Source: a virus (lineage: Duplodnaviria; Heunggongvirae; Uroviricota; Caudoviricetes). Taken from it: a DNA stretch of 64,000 bases. Under the pieces are notes generated by a model. That model saw nothing but the letters and a program-made list of their open reading frames with translations. It did not search any database and was not told the origin of the DNA. The DNA lies in the IMG/VR virus record IMGVR_UViG_3300026549_002453; one strand, given 5' to 3'. Below are positions 19,714 to 27,715 of the stretch, one piece after another. Both the position numbers and the translations under genes were made by a program. Positions within the stretch are counted from its first letter, which is position 1. The number at the start of each line of letters is the position of its first letter.

Positions 19714-21189
19714 ATGAAAGAAGTAAAAGTATTAGCAAAAGATGGTCAAGAATTAATGCCTACAACAATTGAAAAAGCGAATAAACTAATATCAAAGGGA
19801 GAAGCAGAGATAGTAGAAACTTCCCCTATGACAATTAGAATACTAAAGAATACTAAAAGATATAAGCAAGAAACTCTCGGCGATAGTTATGATTTGCCTA
19901 TAACTTATGAGGAAAAGATTCCTATTGGTGTAACATACATAAATGAAGAAGTAGATTTATATTGGTCTCTTAAAAAATACTCTGAGGAACATTGGAATGT
20001 AGTATACTCGAATACTGTACTTGTTGCTGATGATGACCTTAATCCGAGCTTCTTCATTCATAACACTATTGCGAGTCTTAATTATACACCTAACATTAGT
20101 ATGATATATACAAGTAAACTAAATGGTAGTAAATATGCTTTTGCGAGAAATGTAAGAGGTTCTGCAGGTAATGATGTATCCATAGCGGACACCTCAGAAA
20201 GAGTGAAAAGGCTAATGATGGACCGCTTTAAGTTGCTTGAACAACATCAGGTTAATAGAATTGAACTCTTAAACGGAACGGTACTTACTAACTATAAAAT
20301 GTTTAATAGAGAATGGAATTGGGATGCATTATTTACTGTTGTGGATAATACAGACGCGCCTGAAAAGGCTTTCGGTAAAATGGGTACAGTGTGGCACAAC
20401 AGAAATTATTATACTATAACAATTAAAGAAATGTATGAAAAACTAAATAATGGCGAAATAAAGTACTTTACACTTGCAACACCAGTAAAAGGGGTACCAA
20501 GGCACATATTTAAGTTTGATATTGAAAAAACAGAGGGTGAATACGCGCCCCACAAAGTCATTCTTATCATAGATGACCTCGATGAAATAATGCTTTGCGA
20601 TAATTATAAAGCGGTACATACAGTTAAAGATTCATTAAGTGCAATCGCCAGATTAGGTAGAGCTGCAGGAGTATATCTAATACTTAAGTGTCAAAGGGCA
20701 AGTGGGTCTACTGTGTCTACAGATTTATTAAATAATTGCCTAATTAAAATAAGGACAGGTAATTCTTATGTAGGTCAAGATATTTTTATGTTTGATAAAG
20801 AATTACCGCCATTAAAAGATAATAGAGCATATGTACAATTTTATGGTAGAGAAGTATATGAAATACAGTCATACAACCCTCACAATATAGAACCTTGGGA
20901 TGACGTGTTTGATATAACAAAGACATCTATTGCAGAAATTCAAGCAAACACGGGATATGCAAAAGACTTCGACTTAACAGTAAAACCAAGTAAAGAACTG
21001 TTAGATAAAATAGAGGAAAGTAAGAAAGAGTATGCAAAGTTTGTAGAAGAAACTGAGTATGTATATCTTTCAAAAGGAGAAGTAAAAGATAGATTACTAA
21101 AGAAAATAAATAGTTTGGAAAAAGAAATAAGCTCAATAAAAGAAGATATTGATATGTTGTTTTCTGAATTAGATAATATTATAGAATAG
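19714..21189 (+). CDS. FtsK/SpoIIIE-like protein with degenerate Walker A and an N-terminal PLMP-like domain
   Basis: C-terminal half matches the FtsK motor signature (ILIIDDLDE...IARLGRAAGVYLILKCQRASGSTVSTDLLNNCLIKIRTGN). The Walker A position reads GSAGNDVS, so the Lys is lost. The first ~45 aa align with the PLMP domain of the IscB at 57156. Confidence 0.65.
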   Translation: MKEVKVLAKDGQELMPTTIEKANKLISKGEAEIVETSPMTIRILKNTKRYKQETLGDSYDLPITYEEKIPIGVTYINEEVDLYWSLKKYSEEHWNVVYSNTVLVADDDLNPSFFIHNTIASLNYTPNISMIYTSKLNGSKYAFARNVRGSAGNDVSIADTSERVKRLMMDRFKLLEQHQVNRIELLNGTVLTNYKMFNREWNWDALFTVVDNTDAPEKAFGKMGTVWHNRNYYTITIKEMYEKLNNGEIKYFTLATPVKGVPRHIFKFDIEKTEGEYAPHKVILIIDDLDEIMLCDNYKAVHTVKDSLSAIARLGRAAGVYLILKCQRASGSTVSTDLLNNCLIKIRTGNSYVGQDIFMFDKELPPLKDNRAYVQFYGREVYEIQSYNPHNIEPWDDVFDITKTSIAEIQANTGYAKDFDLTVKPSKELLDKIEESKKEYAKFVEETEYVYLSKGEVKDRLLKKINSLEKEISSIKEDIDMLFSELDNIIE

Positions 21190-21247
21190 AAATACGAGTT
21201 TGGCGGTATCTCATTAAAAACCACCCAATTAAAGAAAGGATGGTTTG

Positions 21248-21955
21248 ATGAAGAAATGTGGACATAAAGGATGCAAAACAAAAATAGACGAACAGTATAG
21301 GTTTTGCTATGAACATAGAAAGGATAAGTACCAGGATACTTGTTATATCCATGGGAAGACTCTTTTTTCTGAGGGCAAATGTTTAAAATGCTTAGATATG
21401 AAGCGTCCTATATATAGAATACATAAGAGAGATAATAATTATTATTTTAATAGAAATAGAAAACCTATAGATAAAGATAGTTTTATGTATCCATATTGTA
21501 AACAACTTACGCATAAAACAATATCCTATCAAAACAGGTATATGGGAAAAATTAGTAATTCAGCTGGGATATATGGCATATTTGTAAGGGATAAAAGGAA
21601 GAAGGACCAGTTAGGTGAGTGCCTATATGTAGGTCAAGCGACCGATATTTCTAGGAGGATTAAACAGCACAAGAAGAACTTTGCGACAGCAAGTAATCAT
21701 ATAAAAGGCTTAAAAGCAAGTAGTAAGAGTAGCGTTATAGTAATACCAAAGTATAAAGTAGAAGCCAAGTACTATATGATGGCTAAAGATTATTGGTTGA
21801 AAGATTTGAAGTTTGTTTGTTTATATAGGTTTGATGATAACTTTAAGAAACTATTGCCCAGCGAACAAAAGGTTTTGCTTACGTTAGAGGAACAATTATT
21901 TATAGATATTTATTCCAGTTCACTTAACACTTTTGCAGCAAGGCCAAGTTACTAA
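21248..21955 (+). CDS. GIY-YIG nuclease-domain protein with N-terminal Cys/His zinc-binding region
   Basis: GIYGIFV...YVGQATDISRRIKQH matches the GIY-YIG core; N-terminal CGHKGC...CYEH, CYIHG, CLKC. Confidence 0.6.
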   Translation: MKKCGHKGCKTKIDEQYRFCYEHRKDKYQDTCYIHGKTLFSEGKCLKCLDMKRPIYRIHKRDNNYYFNRNRKPIDKDSFMYPYCKQLTHKTISYQNRYMGKISNSAGIYGIFVRDKRKKDQLGECLYVGQATDISRRIKQHKKNFATASNHIKGLKASSKSSVIVIPKYKVEAKYYMMAKDYWLKDLKFVCLYRFDDNFKKLLPSEQKVLLTLEEQLFIDIYSSSLNTFAARPSY

Positions 21956-21965
21956 GGAGAAATGT

Positions 21966-22172
21966 ATGAGTAGTATAGCATTAGAACAACTATTTGATAT
22001 TTTACCTGAAGATTATGAATTAAGAATAGTTGATATGAATGACAAAGAACTAGCAAGATATGATGGTCGAAATTCTATTCCAGAAACGTTCAACAAAGAC
22101 AAAATCTATGAAATTAGAATTTTACGCGGAGACTGTCTTAAGATTATTTTAGACCTATTTTATGAAGACTAA
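21966..22172 (+). CDS. hypothetical small protein
   Basis: AAGGAG RBS then ATG 21966; the ORF-track start 21933 lies inside the upstream gene. Confidence 0.35.
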   Translation: MSSIALEQLFDILPEDYELRIVDMNDKELARYDGRNSIPETFNKDKIYEIRILRGDCLKIILDLFYED

Positions 22173-22181
22173 TGTGCAAGT

Positions 22182-23351
22182 ATGGAGGAAATAAAAGTGA
22201 AGCTTAACAAGGATAAAACAAAGAAAGAAAAAATCAAAAAAGAAAAACCTAAGAAAATAAAAGAAAAGCCTAAAAAAATAAAGGAGCCAAAGCAACCTAA
22301 GTTAAAAACAGAAGTTCCTAAACTAGATAAAGAAGTAACTTGGGAATATGCTCATGAGGCAGATTTAACTATAGGTGAAACTAAAATTAGTAATGTAGCT
22401 AAGGTTATTTTAATTTTACTTATTCTTGCTCTTATAGGTGCCGGTATATTTGGTTATTTAAAGAGAGATTATATTTCTGACTATATTAAACAGCCTGCTA
22501 TTGTGTTATCCACTAATGAAGTTACCCTAGAAGTAGGAGACGAGTTTGATTATAAAGACTATCTTACTGATGTCGAATATTTAGATAGATGGGCTCTTAC
22601 GTACCCAGATAATACAGAAGTGGATACAAGCAAATTAGGAGACTATACAGTACAATATAAATTGCAATCCTTGGCTAATGAAAGCTCTTCAGAGTTGGTC
22701 GTTCATATCGAGGATAGCACCCCTCCAACAATTAAATTAAAGGAAACTATGATTAAGTTAGAGCGTGGAGAACAAACTGAAAAATTTGATGCCAGTAAGT
22801 ATATCCAAGAAATAAAGGATAACTATGATAAAAAGGAAGATATTGAAGTAACGTACACAACGACGGTAGACTGGACCAGGGATACGGTCGAAATAGATTA
22901 TACTGTGGTAGATAAATCAGGAAATACTGGCACTGCAAAATTAAATATAGCAGTAACAGACCCTCCCAAGGAACCTGAAGTAGTATACGTTGAGGTTGAG
23001 GTTCCAGTTGAAACTCCTGCCCCATCAAATGATGTTTCCAGCAGCGGTTCATCCGGAGGTAACAGTGGAGGTAATACATCTAGTAGTAATACAGAACAAC
23101 CTTCTAGTGGTAACTCGGGTAACAGTAGTCCACCTCCCTCTCAAAATCATTATATAAATGGAGTGCACAACTTTTCGGTTAAGGTGGGGGATTTAAACAC
23201 ATTTACTGCTGAAGTACAAAGTGGAATTAGCTCAGATGAAACTATATCCGTGGACTATAGTTCTGTAAATCTTAGTGTACCTGGTAGTTATACTGTTACA
23301 TATTCAACAGCGCACGTGACTAAATCGGCCACGGTTACGGTTGTTGAATAA
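22182..23351 (+). CDS. type-II membrane-anchored surface protein with Ig-like (DUF5011-like) domains
   Basis: Lys-rich N-terminus, one TM helix, extracellular repeats, Ser/Gly-rich linker; paralog of 25724..26986; start may be GTG 22197. Confidence 0.55.
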   Translation: MEEIKVKLNKDKTKKEKIKKEKPKKIKEKPKKIKEPKQPKLKTEVPKLDKEVTWEYAHEADLTIGETKISNVAKVILILLILALIGAGIFGYLKRDYISDYIKQPAIVLSTNEVTLEVGDEFDYKDYLTDVEYLDRWALTYPDNTEVDTSKLGDYTVQYKLQSLANESSSELVVHIEDSTPPTIKLKETMIKLERGEQTEKFDASKYIQEIKDNYDKKEDIEVTYTTTVDWTRDTVEIDYTVVDKSGNTGTAKLNIAVTDPPKEPEVVYVEVEVPVETPAPSNDVSSSGSSGGNSGGNTSSSNTEQPSSGNSGNSSPPPSQNHYINGVHNFSVKVGDLNTFTAEVQSGISSDETISVDYSSVNLSVPGSYTVTYSTAHVTKSATVTVVE

Positions 23352-23461
23352 ATATATTTAATTACAGTACTATGGGGAGCAAAAGGAGTAGCTACCTATG
23401 TGAGATAAGAGTGCCTATATCACTCAGCCATAGTCGGTATATCTTATATAGGAGGATATTT

Positions 23462-25672
23462 ATGATAAGAAAAAATGAGTTAAAATATGTAAATTGTTTG
23501 ATTTGTGGGGAATCAAAATCTGTAACTGGACTACCGAATCATGTTAAACACAAACATGGCATACCGCCTGAAGAATACTATCTTAAATTTTTTAAAAAAG
23601 ATGATAATGATGGAAAATGTCTAACTTGTGGCAAACAGATGACGTTTAAAGGAATATTTAAGGGTTATAACAGATTTTGTAGTAATAGTTGCATAAGAAA
23701 AAATCCATCTATTATTGAAAAAACAAAACAAAATAATTTAGAAAAGTACGGTACAGAATGGGCAATATCTGCCCCTCAGACAAGAAGAAAGATTGAACAA
23801 ACTACATTAGAACATTATGGGGTTAAATGTAATTTGTCTTCTCAAAAAATAAGAGAAAATATAAAACAGACGTGTCAAGAAAAATATGGTGGAAATGCAC
23901 CCGCTTGTAATAAAGTAGTTAAAGACAAGATGATAAGTACTAATCGAGAAAGATATGGTGTCGATTTCTATAACAATATAGATAAAACACGTGAAACTAA
24001 TTTAGATAGATATGGCGTTACATGCACTTTACAGGCTAAAGAAGTAAAAGAAAAAATTAAAAAGACAAACTTAGAGAAGTATGGAGCAGAAAATGTATTT
24101 GCCTCAGAAGAAGTAAAAGAAAAAATTAAAAATACTAACATAGAAAAATATGGCTTTGAATATAGTATACAATCAAAAGAGGTTCAAAATAAATGTAGAA
24201 ATACCATGATTAAAAATCATGGAGTTGAATATACTTGGCAGTCTCCAAAATTATTTAAAAAAGTTGTTGATACTAAGATAGAAAGGTATGGACAAAACTA
24301 TAAAGTAAAAGAACGGGAAAAACAGAAAGAGACACTGCTTCAAAGGTATGGAGTAGAAAATCCTATGCAGTGTGCGGAAATTAAGGCTAAAGCAAAAAAT
24401 ACTAACATAGAAAAATATGGAGCTGAATTTTATGCACAAACAGCTGAATTTCATAAAAATAAACTGACAAAATATTGGTACAATAACGTAACCTTTGACT
24501 CTTCTTATGAGCTTTGCTTTTATAGATATTGTCTTGACCACAATATAGATATTGTTAGAAATACAGATTCATTTAAATATGTGTTTCACAATAAAACACA
24601 CTTATATTTCCCTGATTTTGTAGTAGAAGGAGAGTATGTAGAAATTAAAGGTGCCCAATTTTTTGAGGATGGGAAAATGATAAACCCATATGATAGGTCT
24701 CAGGATGCTTTTTATGAAGCTAAACATCAATGTATGATAGAGAATGGTGTAAAAATTATAACTGATTGTACAAGATATATAGAATATATTAATTCTATTG
24801 ATAAAAACTTTTTAGATAAGTGCAGTTTAAAAAGAAAATTAAACCTAGATTGTTTAGAGTGGAAAAAGTTAACAGATGGAAAACAGAGAGTAATAGATAT
24901 TGCTAAAAGGGCAACCGGTGAGGAATTTTATAAAAGAGAATTATCTTTCTGGGAGCAAAATCCAGAGCAAAGAAAGATATTATTTGAAAATAGACTAAAA
25001 TATATACATAAACAACCAAACGAACTCTCCGATTTAGAAATTCTTAGAGGGATAAGCATTTCTGGTAAGGTTAGAGCTTATTCACATTTTGACAACGCTG
25101 GAATGAAAAAATTTATAGAAAAATACAATATTCATTCAATATATGATCCCTGTGCAGGTTGGGGTGAGCGATTGATTACTTGTGCCGCATTAGGCATTGA
25201 ATATAAAGGGATAGATATAAATCCGAATGTTGTAGAAGGGCATAAAAGAATAATTAAGCACTATAATTTAGATAAAAATAAGTACCAAGTATATTGCTGT
25301 GATTCTGGTAGCCAAAGTACAGAAGATAATTTAACTAACGAATATGATGCTACATTTACTTGCCCTCCATATTGGAATGAGGAAATTTATACAGATGCAG
25401 GTGCAGAAAACTTGTCATATAAAGAGTTTTTAGACTGGTGGAAACAAGTAATCATAAATTCAAACACAGATTTATTTGCATACCAAATAAATCAAAAATA
25501 TAAAGAAGATATGAATAAGGTTTTAAAGGATTTGGGGTATGAATTCATTGAAGAAATTATCTTACCTCAAAAAAGTAGTCATTTTACAAGAGAAAAAAAT
25601 GGTGTAAATAAGAAAAAAGAGTATGAAAGTATTCAAGTTTTTAAACTACCTACAGCAAAACCTCGAGTTTAA
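23462..25672 (+). CDS. multidomain protein: zinc fingers + 11 tandem ~30-aa KYG repeats + PD-(D/E)xK nuclease-like core + N6A/N4C DNA methyltransferase
   Basis: GGAGGA RBS then ATG 23462. Two Cys/His clusters at the N-terminus. Eleven repeats of the form K.K.TN[LI]EKYG.E....S.EVKEKI. A nuclease-like core (YFPDFVVEGEYVEIKG). SAM motif I (IYDPCAGWGERL) and motif IV (FTCPPYW). Confidence 0.75.
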   Translation: MIRKNELKYVNCLICGESKSVTGLPNHVKHKHGIPPEEYYLKFFKKDDNDGKCLTCGKQMTFKGIFKGYNRFCSNSCIRKNPSIIEKTKQNNLEKYGTEWAISAPQTRRKIEQTTLEHYGVKCNLSSQKIRENIKQTCQEKYGGNAPACNKVVKDKMISTNRERYGVDFYNNIDKTRETNLDRYGVTCTLQAKEVKEKIKKTNLEKYGAENVFASEEVKEKIKNTNIEKYGFEYSIQSKEVQNKCRNTMIKNHGVEYTWQSPKLFKKVVDTKIERYGQNYKVKEREKQKETLLQRYGVENPMQCAEIKAKAKNTNIEKYGAEFYAQTAEFHKNKLTKYWYNNVTFDSSYELCFYRYCLDHNIDIVRNTDSFKYVFHNKTHLYFPDFVVEGEYVEIKGAQFFEDGKMINPYDRSQDAFYEAKHQCMIENGVKIITDCTRYIEYINSIDKNFLDKCSLKRKLNLDCLEWKKLTDGKQRVIDIAKRATGEEFYKRELSFWEQNPEQRKILFENRLKYIHKQPNELSDLEILRGISISGKVRAYSHFDNAGMKKFIEKYNIHSIYDPCAGWGERLITCAALGIEYKGIDINPNVVEGHKRIIKHYNLDKNKYQVYCCDSGSQSTEDNLTNEYDATFTCPPYWNEEIYTDAGAENLSYKEFLDWWKQVIINSNTDLFAYQINQKYKEDMNKVLKDLGYEFIEEIILPQKSSHFTREKNGVNKKKEYESIQVFKLPTAKPRV

Positions 25673-25723
25673 CTAAACTATAACTGTTACCGTAACAGAG
25701 TATTATTATTGAAAGGAGGTAAT

Positions 25724-26986
25724 ATGGATAAATATCCCATGAACTGGAAGTATGCGGGCAAAGCTGAAGTAAATATGAAGGAAAAAAAGAGCCTTAACAT
25801 AAAAGTAATAATTTTAATATGCGTGTTGATTCTTTTTATTGTATTGGGGTCCTTAGGGTTTATATACAGACACTATATTATAGACAAGTTTACTAACCCA
25901 TACTTTGTTCTTACTACTGAGGAAACAGAGATTGAAGTAAACTCAGAGTTTGACTATTCTATATATGTAGGGGATAACTCTTGGCCAACTAGATACGAAG
26001 TGATATACCCAGACTCTTCTCAAGTAGATACCTCAAAACTAGGTGAATATAACTTAGAGTTTATATTAAAGACCGAGGCTACCGAAAATGTATCCAACCT
26101 ATTGGTGAAGGTGGTAGATACCACTCCGCCGGTTCTAGAGCTTACTGCTGAAGAAATATCATTGACTAAGGGGGAGGAAACTATGGAATTTAACCCCGAG
26201 ACCTACGTTAAATCTATGACTGATAATTATGATAAGAGGGACAACCTAACTCTAAATTATTCTAATATTTTAGATTGGAGTGGTAGTGAGGTATGGGTGG
26301 ATTACACCTTGGCTGACACTTCAGGCAACAATAGTAAGGCTAAACTTAAAGTACTAGTACTAGACGAAGAAAAGGACTTTGGGACAGTAGTGGTTGAATA
26401 TGTAAACACTGAAGGAACACCTATAATTGAGGATGGTGTGGTATTTAAAGCAAAGATAGGCACTCCCTATAAAACAGAGCAAAAAGATATTCCTGGATAC
26501 ACTTTTAAAGAATTGGGTAAAAATTCTGCCCCAAAAGAAGGTGAAATAGAGAGAGGAGAACTGAAGGTTGTTTACGTGTATGAAAAGGTTGAGGAAGAAA
26601 AAAAGGAAGAGGTTCCTAAGGTAGAGGAAAGCAAGCCCAAGGAGGATAACCCTAGTACTGAAGGAGAGTCAACAAGCGCCTCTCAAGACTCCCAAAATGT
26701 TCAAAATTCCCAAGAATCATCCTCATCTACAGAACAAAGTAGTTCTTCTTCAACATCCGCCGCACCCAGAGGCCATTATATAGATGTAGATAATATTACT
26801 GTAAAAAAAGGAACTTCCTTAGACCAGTTTATATCTATCCTACAATCTAGTATAAAGTCAGATGAAGAGGTACAAGTACTGTTCGGTGCAGTGTCTCAAG
26901 AGTCACTTAATACTCCTGGCAAGTATACTATAACTTGCCAATCTGCCAATGTGACCAAGGATGTCATTGTAACTGTCACCAACTAG
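25724..26986 (+). CDS. membrane-anchored surface protein with Ig-like and MucBP-like domains
   Basis: AGGAGG RBS; one TM helix; region collinear with 22182..23351; VVVEYVNTEGTPI...GYTF...VVYVYEK fits a MucBP domain; Ser-rich linker. Confidence 0.6.
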   Translation: MDKYPMNWKYAGKAEVNMKEKKSLNIKVIILICVLILFIVLGSLGFIYRHYIIDKFTNPYFVLTTEETEIEVNSEFDYSIYVGDNSWPTRYEVIYPDSSQVDTSKLGEYNLEFILKTEATENVSNLLVKVVDTTPPVLELTAEEISLTKGEETMEFNPETYVKSMTDNYDKRDNLTLNYSNILDWSGSEVWVDYTLADTSGNNSKAKLKVLVLDEEKDFGTVVVEYVNTEGTPIIEDGVVFKAKIGTPYKTEQKDIPGYTFKELGKNSAPKEGEIERGELKVVYVYEKVEEEKKEEVPKVEESKPKEDNPSTEGESTSASQDSQNVQNSQESSSSTEQSSSSSTSAAPRGHYIDVDNITVKKGTSLDQFISILQSSIKSDEEVQVLFGAVSQESLNTPGKYTITCQSANVTKDVIVTVTN

Positions 26987-27059
26987 TAAAAATTTATTTA
27001 GAGGTTACATAAATCTAATTATAATTATACTGAATAAGTATACTGATTTGAGGTAAAGT

Positions 27060-27593
27060 ATGGATGTAATAATAGTACTATGGTTAGTGTGCGTAGGTTG
27101 TCGCATTAAATTGTTTGTTGATAGATACGAAAAAGGTTGGAAAGCTCTAGTACCCTTTTATAATAAGTATATATTGGGAAAGACCATTAACGAAGTAAAA
27201 TGTGGTAAACTTACCGCTTTAACCAACTTTTTATTTATAACTGCGTTTTGGATTTGCGTAGGAGTGGAGTGGGCTATTTGGTCGAGTCTTCCTTCTGAAA
27301 TAGTTGATATAGAAAATTTTAATATAAATGACTATGTTTCCACTTCCCTTCTTACTAGTGATGTTGTGTGTAAGGTTATATTACTAATTACTGCAATATT
27401 GTATTATGTGAGTTGGGTAATTCTTACGTACAAATTTAGTGACAAACAAGGTACTTCTACTTGGTGGATGGTAGGATGGGGAATTTGTCCTCTTTTACCT
27501 TATATTTATTATGCTTTTATATATAAACCGGTTTACCTACCATCCAAAGGTTTGGTAGAGTATCAGAAAATAGAAGTAAAAATTAAAAGTTAA
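27060..27593 (+). CDS. membrane protein with a GWKxLxPFYN motif (paralog of 12266..12868)
   Basis: GWKALVPFYNKYILGK motif; four TM helices. Confidence 0.45.
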   Translation: MDVIIVLWLVCVGCRIKLFVDRYEKGWKALVPFYNKYILGKTINEVKCGKLTALTNFLFITAFWICVGVEWAIWSSLPSEIVDIENFNINDYVSTSLLTSDVVCKVILLITAILYYVSWVILTYKFSDKQGTSTWWMVGWGICPLLPYIYYAFIYKPVYLPSKGLVEYQKIEVKIKS

Positions 27594-27715
27594 CCTACAT
27601 CACGTATAAAATCATTTAATTATAAGAATATCTAGAGAAGATATATCTGTTTAATAGAAAATATAACAATAGAAGAAGTTGAAGATAACAACTAATTGAG
27701 AAAGAAGGATAATTT

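Noticed and set aside
23372-23461. Upstream ATG start (23372) for the KYG-repeat/MTase gene
   Set aside because: The N-terminal extension is not protein-like, and a strong GGAGGA RBS precedes ATG 23462.
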